From contig JAYZAL010000073.1 in assembly GCA_036339735.1 (NCBI GenBank), forward strand, positions 1 to 49,938: DNA of 49,938 bases, written 5' to 3'. This document shows positions 1-9,802 of the stretch, piece by piece (the stretch's first letter is position 1; every line of letters starts with the position of its first letter). Made by a program: the position numbers and the translations under genes. This DNA is from Candidatus Poribacteria bacterium. Lineage in GTDB: Bacteria; Poribacteria; WGA-4E; UBA9662. Below the pieces are notes generated by a model. The model searched no databases and had not been told where the DNA came from. It saw nothing but the letters and a program-made list of their open reading frames with translations.

Positions 1-138
1 TTGCGAGTTGGTAATAATCAGGGTTTTTTAACCATGGGGGGGGATCTTCGTTTACTAAAATTCATCCATCTGGAAATTGCCCGATATAGCAACCTACAGA
101 GCGATTGGTGGATAGGAGCTGCGAGTCTTGATTTCTAA
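1..138 (+). CDS. 3' end of a probable outer-membrane beta-barrel protein (partial)
   Basis: Frame 1 is open from the window edge: LRVGNNQGFLTMGGDLRLLKFIHLEIARYSNLQSDWWIGAASLDF*. Alternating strand-like pattern and C-terminal Phe. Confidence 0.5.
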   Translation: MRVGNNQGFLTMGGDLRLLKFIHLEIARYSNLQSDWWIGAASLDF

Positions 139-330
139 TTAGTCGTCAGTGTTAATAATCGCCATAACTAATGGGTGTTTTTGATGAAATTTAGCAAGCT
201 ATCAAGTCTACATGCAAACTTGACATTAAATGTGTACCGGCAGTGGGTTGTCATAAATTCACGTCCTAATTAAACTACACCAGTGTGTTTATTAAAAAAT
301 GAACTTTTCGTTTTATCGTTATAGGGCTTT

Positions 331-552
331 TTACTCAATGTCTTTGTAAGCGACTATCGCTCCCATATTAGACCAATTTTCATAATCGTATTTAAAAGAG
401 TGTTTTACTAAAACTTCTGATACTAATTCTAGCATTCTGTTACTATTTCCGACAATTATCTTGAATATTGGTTCTTTTGAGGAATGAATCAGATTTTCTA
501 CCAAGTCTGAAACCTCTTTGTGTCTTACCCCATGTAAATCTAAAACTTTCAT
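331..552 (-). CDS. Small stand-alone Smr/MutS2-like domain protein
   Basis: N-terminal LDLHG motif, then IIVGNS at the position of the Smr IITGxG strand; 73 aa. Confidence 0.65.
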   Translation of the reverse strand: MKVLDLHGVRHKEVSDLVENLIHSSKEPIFKIIVGNSNRMLELVSEVLVKHSFKYDYENWSNMGAIVAYKDIE

Positions 553-1066
553 ATGGTTTGTTTAATTTAACTTGATTGACCAACTAAATTGATGTTGGAT
601 GTGAACGTTCGTGTTTATGCAGATGGAAAGATTGACAAATCATCATAAAAATTTTTGTTTACCACTACATCTTTAGATTTTATTAATAACTAGGCCTATA
701 AAATAGTTTTGAGCACTGATATCAGATGATGGTAATTATCTTTCGGTCTTCATCTTTACAATTATATGACCGAATCAACACATCTATTGCTTGACTTGCT
801 ACTGTACAGCTTCGATCATTTACTAACTATAGCGATGGACATGTATTCTGTGTTGAATTTTCTCTCTAGATTGAAAAACCTGAAATATAATATGTTGGTT
901 AGTCTAATTGAGTAATATTGACACAAGAAAAGTACAAGTTTCGAAAATCAACGATCGGAAGTAGAGATTTTAGTTTTTAATGTTAGTTTATATCATCAAA
1001 ACTAACCCGACCTACTTCACTATACTCCTCCAAGGACTGTCTCTTTTTTCAACTCATCGATTTGGC

Positions 1067-2176
1067 TTAATAATCAGAGATGGAGCCATCAGCTAGGCGA
1101 TTGTCAGGCCAAGTAAATTGTCTAGATGGATTTTGGCTGAACTCAATCACAGCTGACTCGTTTACTTCAATTCCTAACCCAACACCTTCGGGTAGAGAAA
1201 AATATCCATCTACATCCATCTGCCAAGATCGGTTAGCAATATTAGCTGGTAAAACATTGTCATATCCCTCGTGGATCAGGAAAAAAGGTACTGAAGCCGA
1301 GACATGAAGGCTTGCGGCCAAGCCTAAATTAGACATGGTACAATGTGGCGCTAGAGGAACATGATGTGCTTCTGCTAGTGTAGAAATTTTCTTCATCTGG
1401 CTTATGCCTCCGCCATGCCCACAATCGGGTTGTAATACATCAATGACTTGAGCTTCTAATATTTGCCTAACTTCCCAAATAGTGCGGTCTCGTTCACCAG
1501 TGGCTAAGGGAACCGAAACAGATTGACGAATTTTTTGCATCACTTCGATATTTCCCGGTAGCCAAGATTCCTCTAGAAAAAGCAAATCATCCGATTGAAG
1601 TTTGCCGGCAAACTGTTGCAAGATTGGAGGAGGCAAGCAGCTATGAGCATCAAACATTACTGCGCCACCCGGCCCGACCTGTTCTCTGGCTTTTCTAACA
1701 CGATTAACTAAATCATTAATTTCCATGGGGGTACCGGCAAATGGCTTTGGACTTCCTGGTCCGATTTTAATGGCTTTTGGGCTAGGATAGCGCCAGACCT
1801 TTTCTCGACATGGCCCGCCGAGTAATCGATAAACAGGAACTTGCCACAGTTTGCCGGCGATATCCCAGAGAGCCATATCGATGGCCGAAATACAATGAAC
1901 CATAAGCCCTCCACCTCTCAAATTCCGGTGAGCTCTGAATAGTCGTTGCCAGTGATGTTCAATCCTAGTTGGATTTTCACCAATTATCATTTCTGATAGT
2001 GAGACTGCTAATTGGCAAGCAACTTTCGTTTCCATGTTATTGATTTCGCCCCATCCTTCAACTCCCATGTTGGTTGCAATCTTCACGTAGGCTTTTTGCC
2101 CCATCGGATATGCTTGGAAATCGGTGATGCGAATGTGGGAAGCTGAGTCGTTGACCTGATTGGAATTGAATGACAT
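1067..2176 (-). CDS. Mandelate racemase/muconate lactonizing family enzyme (galactonate dehydratase-like)
   Basis: GVEGWGE, SAIDMALWDIAGK, metal ligands in FDAH, LEE and TGER, QPDCGHGGG, PLAPH. Confidence 0.9.
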   Translation of the reverse strand: MSFNSNQVNDSASHIRITDFQAYPMGQKAYVKIATNMGVEGWGEINNMETKVACQLAVSLSEMIIGENPTRIEHHWQRLFRAHRNLRGGGLMVHCISAIDMALWDIAGKLWQVPVYRLLGGPCREKVWRYPSPKAIKIGPGSPKPFAGTPMEINDLVNRVRKAREQVGPGGAVMFDAHSCLPPPILQQFAGKLQSDDLLFLEESWLPGNIEVMQKIRQSVSVPLATGERDRTIWEVRQILEAQVIDVLQPDCGHGGGISQMKKISTLAEAHHVPLAPHCTMSNLGLAASLHVSASVPFFLIHEGYDNVLPANIANRSWQMDVDGYFSLPEGVGLGIEVNESAVIEFSQNPSRQFTWPDNRLADGSISDY

Positions 2177-2713
2177 ATATACGGTTTTGTTACTTAATTT
2201 CTATACTCAAAATAGATACCAAATTCTAACAAGGTTAGCAAAATGGGTCAAGAGGCACCTGATAAATTGTTTTCTGCATTGCAACCACTCAACCGATCTG
2301 ATAGAATCGAAAGTGGGTAAGAGAAGGCTAAACAAATACCAACTCGTACTTATTCCAATCTGAAACGTTTTATCTTCCCAGCTCTGATTTCGTGTGAAAT
2401 GCCAAATCATTGGGTGGGTCAACTGGACTTTTTATAACTATTCGACCTTACGAGGGTTGGTTGTTTGACCAATTTGATTTTTTGAAAAAACATCTACGTT
2501 CAGTACAAACTTTGCTTCAATAAGGCCAAGTAATGGCCAGATAGTTATCAGAGACGGAAAGACGACCTTGAAATAGTACCCCCTTACCAAGCAACGTAGG
2601 TGTTAGACTTTGCCGGTTACCAGTGGAGTTAGGTATAGTTAACCCATGAACGAAGCCCCAATGATTGCAGTAATTTACTATATAAAAGCAGGAGAGACCT
2701 ACGTCTAAATCAA

Positions 2714-3496
2714 ATGGCATCCAAAGCACCACTTGTTCATCATTCTCAGATTGAAGATCAGATCGAAGCTATGCACCAAATTGGCTACGCGTACATTCCA
2801 CAGGCATTAACACCTGAACAAGTATCCGAATTGAAATACCAAATGGACCACTTAGAGGGAATGCCTGAAAGTTTTGACCGAGATTGTGCCGCTCAACCTG
2901 GAGTCTTTCTCGAAAAACACATCAACAATGCTTTCAATCGAGATAGATCATTCTTTGATTGTCTTGACATAAAAGGTGTGATTGAGATTGCTGAAGGTGT
3001 TCACGGTAGCGACTGTCATGTGATTGGGATGACGGCTTGGGTGACCGGTCCAGGTCGGCCTGATCAAACCCTGCATACCGATTGGAAGCCGGTTTCTCTA
3101 CCCGATGATATTACGGCTGATCCACGAGTAAGAATTCCTATTTTTATTACCACTGCTCACTTTTACCTGAATGATATGTATGAGGCCTTAGGGCCAACCA
3201 AGTTCGTTCCCGGTACCCACGTAAAACAAAACCGACCTGAGCCGTCAGAGGAATTGAGCATTTTGTGTAGAGCCGGAGACGCGGTGATTTTTCGTAGTGA
3301 AGTTTGGCATAGAGGCACAGCTAACACTAGTAACGAAAATCGATATTTGCTTCAAGTTCATTACGCTCAGAGGATGATTACACAAAAATTTCCGCCTTAT
3401 CTGAATAAATTTCAGTTTGAGCCACATGTATTAGACTGGGCTACTGATCGCCAACGTAGGCTTTTGGGAGACCATAGAAAAGGTGCTTACGACTGA
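2714..3496 (+). CDS. Phytanoyl-CoA dioxygenase (PhyH) family Fe(II)/2-oxoglutarate dioxygenase
   Basis: HxD (LHTD), GPTKFVPGTH, AGDAVIF...WHRG..N...R. Confidence 0.85.
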   Translation: MASKAPLVHHSQIEDQIEAMHQIGYAYIPQALTPEQVSELKYQMDHLEGMPESFDRDCAAQPGVFLEKHINNAFNRDRSFFDCLDIKGVIEIAEGVHGSDCHVIGMTAWVTGPGRPDQTLHTDWKPVSLPDDITADPRVRIPIFITTAHFYLNDMYEALGPTKFVPGTHVKQNRPEPSEELSILCRAGDAVIFRSEVWHRGTANTSNENRYLLQVHYAQRMITQKFPPYLNKFQFEPHVLDWATDRQRRLLGDHRKGAYD

Positions 3497-3505
3497 TAGG
3501 CACAC

Positions 3506-4399
3506 TTGATTCACCGACTTGTGTCAAAGAATCAGTTTCTGGGATCTAAGGATTTTTTAGATCCACGGACCAAGGTTATACTTTTAGTTGTTTTTAGTAT
3601 TCTGGCTGTTCTGTTGGATGGCGTCTTGGTAATGTGTTTGTGCTTGTTATTTGGTTTGGGATTAGTATTAAGTCAACCACAATCTAGACGAAGAGTAGGC
3701 TCGTTAATTATTTTATTATTTATTGGTACTTGGGCTACGGCTTATAGTCAGGGTCTTTTCTACAATCAGCAACCTCGCACCCCCATACTTACTCTCATTC
3801 CTCGAACTTTCCCAGTAGTTGGTCCACTAACTGATGGTGTTTTGTTATACCAAGAGGGAGTTTTGTATGGTCTACGCCAATCTATCCGTTTTGCAATGGT
3901 AGTAATCATCGGAGCTTTTGTTGTTACTACAACCCAACCAAGAGATCTACTATTAGGTTTGGTTCGGTTAGGCGTGCCTTTTCCCATTGCTTTTATGGTT
4001 ATCACAGCCATCCGTTATCTACCAATGTTAGCCAAAGAAACAGAACTTGTGTTCCGTTCTCAGCAATTGCGAGGCGCTCGTCATTTACACGCCAATCCAG
4101 TAGTAACACTACGATACCTGATCGGTGTTGTACGCCCGATTTTGGTACATAATATTCGTAGGACAACAAAAATGAGTGAAGCTATTGAAAGTCGATCGTT
4201 CTCATCTCAAAATTTTGCTAAACGAACTTACTTAAACAAGTTAAGCTTCCGTTTACAAGATTGGCTGCTAGTCTTTGTCTTGACAGCCTTGCTTATTACT
4301 GTATCCACGCTTAAGTTGAGTTATTGGGCATATACTAATGGTATATTTTATGCTGATTGGTTCAAATCATTCTATACTTTCACTCGTGAAATGCTTTAA
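3506..4399 (+). CDS. ECF transporter transmembrane component T (EcfT/CbiQ family)
   Basis: LDPRTK, several TM helices, TTTQPRDL, AIRYLP, and coupling-helix motifs QLRG and IESRSF. Confidence 0.85.
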   Translation: MIHRLVSKNQFLGSKDFLDPRTKVILLVVFSILAVLLDGVLVMCLCLLFGLGLVLSQPQSRRRVGSLIILLFIGTWATAYSQGLFYNQQPRTPILTLIPRTFPVVGPLTDGVLLYQEGVLYGLRQSIRFAMVVIIGAFVVTTTQPRDLLLGLVRLGVPFPIAFMVITAIRYLPMLAKETELVFRSQQLRGARHLHANPVVTLRYLIGVVRPILVHNIRRTTKMSEAIESRSFSSQNFAKRTYLNKLSFRLQDWLLVFVLTALLITVSTLKLSYWAYTNGIFYADWFKSFYTFTREML

Positions 4400-4409
4400 T
4401 GTATTAGTC

Positions 4410-4438
4410 TTGACCGAAATTGCAAAATTGGTTAAAAT
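4410..4438 (+). promoter_or_regulatory. sigma70-type promoter upstream of bioB
   Basis: TTGACC-N17-TAAAAT. Confidence 0.55.
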
Positions 4439-4536
4439 AAACAGGTTTGTTTTTCTCGTTATGTCGTACGTTCTAAAGATTAAGACTAATCTACGATCAG
4501 CCTAAAACCCACCTTTTGAAAAAATAAGGAACCGAC

Positions 4537-5538
4537 TTGAATCAGCAATATCTAATTCAGCATCTTGGCCAGAAGGTCATGGACGGGCACCAGATTGACT
4601 TTGATCAGGCACTTTCGCTAATCAAAACAGATGGAGCCGATGCTTTTGATCTCTTATCTTGGGCAAATAGGATTCGTCAACACTTCAAGGGAAATCGAAT
4701 TCATCTTTGTTCGATTGTAAATGCCAAATCAGGTGGCTGCAGCGAAGATTGTGGTTTCTGTGCACAATCGACCCACTACGAAACTGAGAGCCCAATTTAT
4801 AAATTTCTTGATCAAGATACAGTGGCCGATGCTAGTCAAGTGGCAGAAGTCAATGGAGCTCAGGCGCTCGGTCTAGTAGCTGCGTGGCGCGGTTTGCGCG
4901 AGGGTAGAATGTTAGATCAAGTCTGCCAAAGAATCGAAGAATTATCAAAAGGCGGAAAAGTCCGCGCTGATGCGTCTCTGGGTTTGATTGAATCACCGGC
5001 AGTAGCTGAAAAATTAAAAGATGCTGGCTTATCCGTATATAACCACAACTTGGAGACAGCTAATAGCTTTTTCGACCAAGTTTGCACCACTCACACCCAT
5101 CAGGATCGAATTAATACAATTAAACATTGCAAATCTGCAGGTTTAAGAGTCTGTAGTGGTGGGATTTTCGGAATGGGTGAAAGTCTAGAACAACGGATTG
5201 AGTTAGCTCTTGAGTTGCAAGAACTAGACGTTGATGTAGTGCCTCTGAATTTCCTAGTTCATATCGATGGAACACCTCTAGAAGATACTGACCCCATACC
5301 ACCGATGGAAATACTAAAAACGATTGCAGTATTTCGTTTTGTTCTACCAGAAAAGGAGATTATGGTTGCTGGTGGTCGGGAACCTAATCTGCGAGACCTT
5401 CAGTCCATGATTTTCATGGCTGGTGCCAGTGCCACTTTGGTTGGCAATTACCTGACAACAGGAGGGAGATCTGCAGAAGACGACCTTCAAATGATAACTG
5501 ACCTAGGTTTAGAGTGGGATTGGAACTACGACTGGTAA
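4537..5538 (+). CDS. bioB: Biotin synthase (radical SAM), with variant auxiliary-cluster ligands
   Basis: NAKSGGCSEDCGFCAQS (CxxxCxxC), YNHNLET, VCSGGIFGMGE, VPLNFL, GNYLTT; TTG start after AAGGA. Confidence 0.9.
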   Translation: MNQQYLIQHLGQKVMDGHQIDFDQALSLIKTDGADAFDLLSWANRIRQHFKGNRIHLCSIVNAKSGGCSEDCGFCAQSTHYETESPIYKFLDQDTVADASQVAEVNGAQALGLVAAWRGLREGRMLDQVCQRIEELSKGGKVRADASLGLIESPAVAEKLKDAGLSVYNHNLETANSFFDQVCTTHTHQDRINTIKHCKSAGLRVCSGGIFGMGESLEQRIELALELQELDVDVVPLNFLVHIDGTPLEDTDPIPPMEILKTIAVFRFVLPEKEIMVAGGREPNLRDLQSMIFMAGASATLVGNYLTTGGRSAEDDLQMITDLGLEWDWNYDW

Positions 5539-5565
5539 GATTTGAATAGAAATTGGAGGTCTACA

Positions 5566-6150
5566 ATGGAAGCCTTTACAGTCCATACTGGTACAGCTCT
5601 GCCATTCGACTATATAAATGTTGATACAGACCAGATTATTCCCAAGCAGTTTCTGAAACGTATAGAGCGTAGTGGGTTTGGGGAGTTTTTGTTTTTTGAT
5701 TGGCGTTATAATGACGATGAGAGTATCAACAAGGATTTCATTCTCAACCAGGAATGCTATAGTACTGCAAGTATTTTGGTAGCTGGAGCTAACTTTGGAT
5801 GTGGAAGTTCGAGAGAGCATGCTCCTTGGGCACTATTAGATTATGGATTTAAGGTTATTATAGCCCCGTCCTTTGCGGATATTTTCAAAAATAATTGCTA
5901 CAAAAACGGGATTTTGCCGGTAGTCTTGGAAGTTGAAGTAGTAGAAGTTTTGATGCGCGAAATTGAAGCAAACGAGAATTACCATCTAACTGTCAATTTA
6001 GAAAATCAGCAGGTAGAAACACCCAATGATCAAACGTACAAGTTTGATATTGGTGATTTTGAGAAATATTGTATGCTCAACGGGCTGGACGAAATTGGTT
6101 GGACTTTACAATTTGAATCGCTTATCAGTCAATATGAAACAAAATCTTGA
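5566..6150 (+). CDS. leuD: 3-isopropylmalate dehydratase small subunit
   Basis: [41 protein letters not shown]. Start moved to the ATG at 5566 behind GGAGG. Confidence 0.95.
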   Translation: MEAFTVHTGTALPFDYINVDTDQIIPKQFLKRIERSGFGEFLFFDWRYNDDESINKDFILNQECYSTASILVAGANFGCGSSREHAPWALLDYGFKVIIAPSFADIFKNNCYKNGILPVVLEVEVVEVLMREIEANENYHLTVNLENQQVETPNDQTYKFDIGDFEKYCMLNGLDEIGWTLQFESLISQYETKS

Positions 6151-6174
6151 GTTGATAGCGGAGGAGTACGCCGA

Positions 6175-6897
6175 ATGGCTGATCTAAAGATTTACCACAA
6201 TCCAAATTGTAGTAAGAGCCGAGCTACACTACAACTTATACAAGAGCGTGGTCTAACAGTTAATATTATAAATTACCTAGAAAACCCACCAACAGCAGCT
6301 GAGATATATAGGATGTGTCAGGGGTTATCAGTTAGACCAACAGACATTATCCGATCTACAGAAGATAAATTCGAGTCATTAGGTTTATCAATCGACCATC
6401 AATTGACTGATGAAGAATGGTGTCAGATAATGTTTGATAATCCCGTTCTAATTGAGAGACCCCTTGTTGTCAATGGTGACCAAGTAGCACTGGGTCGGCC
6501 ACCAGAACAAGTACTTGAAATTCTCGGTGAATGCCAATCGGTAACTACCATTACAGATATGGATAAACAAGAAAGTCTTGATTTCGCTTGGGGAGCAATT
6601 AAATGGTTATGTAATAGCCAGATCGACTCTCAGTCGCAGATGACTTTTGGTATTGTTCATATCAATCCCGGGGAGTCTAATCCTATTCATTACCATCCAA
6701 ACTGTGAAGAGCTAATTTATGTGATTTCTGGTCAGTGTGAACATAGCCTAAGTAGTGAAGTTCACCAGCTGAAAGCAGGAATGATGCTAAGAATTCCACA
6801 GGGCGTCAAACACAATGCGATCAACAATGGACTGGAACCAGTGTCAATGGTCATCTGTTATTCGTCAGCTGATCGGCAAACTGTTTTTATTGAGTAA
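6175..6897 (+). CDS. ArsC-family (glutaredoxin-type arsenate reductase) domain fused to a C-terminal cupin domain
   Basis: HNPNCSKSR, IIRS, LIERP and LGRP, then in-frame cupin motifs HYHPNCEELIYVISG and IPQGVKHNA; GGAGG RBS. Confidence 0.8.
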   Translation: MADLKIYHNPNCSKSRATLQLIQERGLTVNIINYLENPPTAAEIYRMCQGLSVRPTDIIRSTEDKFESLGLSIDHQLTDEEWCQIMFDNPVLIERPLVVNGDQVALGRPPEQVLEILGECQSVTTITDMDKQESLDFAWGAIKWLCNSQIDSQSQMTFGIVHINPGESNPIHYHPNCEELIYVISGQCEHSLSSEVHQLKAGMMLRIPQGVKHNAINNGLEPVSMVICYSSADRQTVFIE

Positions 6898-7399
6898 TCA
6901 CCAGGCAAAAAGGATATATAGCTATATTGGCTATTACTTCGGCCATATTTGGTGTTTGGTAGTTATTCTCTCTGCTACGGGTTGCCTCAATTACGGCAGA
7001 CAATCAAAAATTGATCAGGCCTACGAAAAGGGACATCAAGCCGGATACAATGAGGGTTTGGTTGACGGCCTTAAACAAGCTAAAGAAGAAAATCTGCAAC
7101 AACTAGAAAAAGTTGCTGAGCTAACAAAGATTTCCCAACCCTGGTTCATCGAAATGAAATGGGTCATCCTTCTTTTGGGTTGTTTGGGGTTGGTTTTTTC
7201 ATTTGTCTTGTTAATGACCGTCATTCGATTTCGGCAAACATACAACCAGAAAACTTTTGATCAATTGACAGGATATGTCAAAAGTAGCCAAAAAGAATTC
7301 AAAGAACTTCGTAGTGATATAGATCTCGTGAAAAATAGTTTGTTGGATCTGAGTGTGGAAGTCAAGCGTGTTTTGATCGATATGGCGAAGTTTGATTAG
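6890..7399 (+). CDS. Putative lipoprotein/membrane protein with coiled coil
   Basis: Hydrophobic leader ending LSATGC (lipobox-like), YxxG repeats (YEKGHQAGYNEG), a second TM helix and a coiled-coil tail. Start uncertain; the TTG overlapping the upstream stop was chosen. Confidence 0.55.
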   Translation: MSNHQAKRIYSYIGYYFGHIWCLVVILSATGCLNYGRQSKIDQAYEKGHQAGYNEGLVDGLKQAKEENLQQLEKVAELTKISQPWFIEMKWVILLLGCLGLVFSFVLLMTVIRFRQTYNQKTFDQLTGYVKSSQKEFKELRSDIDLVKNSLLDLSVEVKRVLIDMAKFD

Positions 7400-7415
7400 T
7401 TTTAGTTGTAGTTTC

Positions 7416-8534
7416 TTATCGTTGAGCCTCCCGGATAGCGTGACATAGGTAGGTAATACCTTGTGGGATTTTTTCTACTGCACAATAGGCATATGCTAAT
7501 CGGATGGCTTTTATTGGTTCGTGCCGGCAGTGAAATGCGCTGCCAGGACTAAATCCGATACCCTTTTTCCCAGCGAGTTTCCTTAATTTATTCATGTCAG
7601 TTTCTTGAGGAAGTTCGATCCACAAGAAAAGTCCACCGCGTGGTTCAGTCCAAGTACACAGATCGCTGACATTAGAATTAAGTGTGTCGAGTACGGCTTG
7701 GCATTTAGCTTTTACGACCAAATTTGTTTTTTCTAAGTGTTCTTCCAAGTGATCAGTGAAGAATTGAGCCACGATGGCACTGGCAAGGGCACTTGTTCCT
7801 AAATCCCAGCGTCCAGAATGGATTTGGTTCCGTTGTGAGGATGAAGCTACAAAATAGCCCAACCGGACTCCAGCCCCTAAGATTTTGGAGAAAGAAGCCA
7901 CGTAAATTACTCGATTGGATGGATCTAGCTTGTATAATGAGTCTGGAGTTACATTAGGAATAAAGTCAATATCACCATAACAATCATCTTCAATAATCAA
8001 TAGATCAAATGCGTCGGCTAATTCGAGAAGTCGTTTTCGTCTATCAAGAGTCAGAATGGCTCCAGTTGGGTTCTGGTGATTAGAAGTCACATAAATTAGC
8101 CGAGGACATTTCCCTTCTACTCTTAGCCTGTTTAACTGCTGTTCAAGTGACATCATGTCCATTCCATCAGCGTAATCGAGAGGGATACCAACGATATCAG
8201 CTTCCAAGTGCTTTAATAGACCCAAAGTGCCACTATAAACAAGTTCTTCAGTAAGTACAATATCACCAGGATTCAAATAAGCACGAAATATTAAGTCTAG
8301 TGCCTGCATCGAACCAGAGGTTAGTGAAATGTTATCCACCGACAGAGGTATACCCTCTCTCCGTTGAAAGCGTCGAGAAGCGAGTTCTCTCAGTTGTAGA
8401 TTTCCGTCTTCTCCTGGATAGTTAACTAGATTACTACCGATATTCTCTAAAGCTTTGGCACTTGCAGTGATGAGTTCTTGAGTTGGAAATGTACCGGGGT
8501 CAGGTCGACCACCAGTAAAGGCAAAGTCTCTCAT
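7416..8534 (-). CDS. PLP-dependent aminotransferase class I/II (LysN/2-aminoadipate transaminase-like, no HTH)
   Basis: GGRPDP, TSGSMQALD, NHQNPTG, IIEDDCYG, SFSKILGAGVRLG, GGLFLW; ATG at 8534 preceded by GAGG. Confidence 0.88.
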   Translation of the reverse strand: MRDFAFTGGRPDPGTFPTQELITASAKALENIGSNLVNYPGEDGNLQLRELASRRFQRREGIPLSVDNISLTSGSMQALDLIFRAYLNPGDIVLTEELVYSGTLGLLKHLEADIVGIPLDYADGMDMMSLEQQLNRLRVEGKCPRLIYVTSNHQNPTGAILTLDRRKRLLELADAFDLLIIEDDCYGDIDFIPNVTPDSLYKLDPSNRVIYVASFSKILGAGVRLGYFVASSSQRNQIHSGRWDLGTSALASAIVAQFFTDHLEEHLEKTNLVVKAKCQAVLDTLNSNVSDLCTWTEPRGGLFLWIELPQETDMNKLRKLAGKKGIGFSPGSAFHCRHEPIKAIRLAYAYCAVEKIPQGITYLCHAIREAQR

Positions 8535-8721
8535 ATGACACCTCTTTGGTTTCGGGACGTTACTCAGCAATCATCGATTCTATCACGAGGATATACTAAG
8601 GTCAATTTAGGTTTTTTAATAGTTTTAATTAATATTACAGGCGTTACAGTGCCTATTAACGTTTATTTTCAATAGATACAGTTGGAATTTCAACCACAAT
8701 GAGACAAGAGGAATAATAGTA

Positions 8722-9660
8722 ATGCTGAAATGTGGAATTACAACGGATAATCGTTGTCTAGGTCATAACACAGGAGTAGGGCACCCTGAGAGATCTGATC
8801 GAATTAGGTCCTGCCTAGTTGCTATTGAACAAGCAAACCTACATCTGGTACCAGTAGAATCAGCGCCCATTAACGAAGAAGAACTAGCCTATGTTCACGC
8901 CAAGGAGCATATTGATCGAGTCTATAATCATTGTCAAACCGAAGATCCTTTAGAATATGATACACCGGTTGCCAAAGATTCTTATCAAGTCGCACTACTG
9001 TCAGTGGCAGCCGCCATCTCATTGTCAGAATCAGTTATCAATAAAACTGTTGATAATGGATTTGCGTTGATGCGCCCCCCAGGTCATCATGCGACGGCTT
9101 TTCGAGCTATGGGTTTTTGTTTGTTTAATAGTGTTGCGATTGCAACTAGGCATTTACAAAAAAAACACGGGCTAGATCGAATTGCTATAATTGACTGGGA
9201 CGTACACCATGGTAATGGAACACAAGATATTTTTTACTCAGATCCATCGGTCTTTTATTTTTCTATACATCAATCTCCATTGTATCCTGGTACTGGCTTG
9301 GTTAAAGAAAAAGGGACCGGACGGGGAGTTGGTACAACGTTGAATTGTCCAATGTCGCCTTACAGTGGAGTCTCTGATTATACGGAGAAATTTCGAAAAG
9401 TACTACAACCTCAATTGACTGAATTCAAACCAGAATTTATTTTTATTTCAGCTGGGTTTGATGCCCATGAGCGAGACCCTCTGTCTCAAATGAATATGAC
9501 TTCAGAAGGGTTTGCCGATCTGACTAAAATTGTACAGGAAATTGCTGACCAAGTCTGTCGAGGTCATATTGTTTCTGTACTAGAAGGGGGTTATGATCTA
9601 CAAGGGTTATCAACATCAGTTGTAGCTCACTTACGTCAGTTGTCTAACCAAGCTGAATAA
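8722..9660 (+). CDS. Zn-dependent histone deacetylase-family amidohydrolase
   Basis: HPE...R, RPPGHHA, GFCLFN, DWDVHHGNGTQ, SAGFDAH..DPL, LEGGY. Confidence 0.93.
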   Translation: MLKCGITTDNRCLGHNTGVGHPERSDRIRSCLVAIEQANLHLVPVESAPINEEELAYVHAKEHIDRVYNHCQTEDPLEYDTPVAKDSYQVALLSVAAAISLSESVINKTVDNGFALMRPPGHHATAFRAMGFCLFNSVAIATRHLQKKHGLDRIAIIDWDVHHGNGTQDIFYSDPSVFYFSIHQSPLYPGTGLVKEKGTGRGVGTTLNCPMSPYSGVSDYTEKFRKVLQPQLTEFKPEFIFISAGFDAHERDPLSQMNMTSEGFADLTKIVQEIADQVCRGHIVSVLEGGYDLQGLSTSVVAHLRQLSNQAE

Positions 9661-9802
9661 CAATCGCGTTATACGCTATTGAATTTTTGAGTTGGCCACT
9701 CGGTTTTTGTTTTTATTGTTGATAATGTGTATGATTGTTATAATTTGGCTTCATGTTTTCGTAGAGAAAATTGACCTGAAATCATTTAAGGGAGAGTTAA
9801 AA

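Noticed and set aside
2545-2612. SAM-I riboswitch-like words (TTATCAGAG...GAAAGAC...TTGAAA...GCAAC...GGTG) upstream of the PhyH gene
   Set aside because: I could not build convincing P1-P3 pairings and the spacing is off. An Infernal search with the SAM-I model would settle it.
2160-2732. Short ORFs 2160-2363, 2207-2422 and 2517-2732
   Set aside because: No motifs, mutually overlapping, and located in a divergent promoter region.
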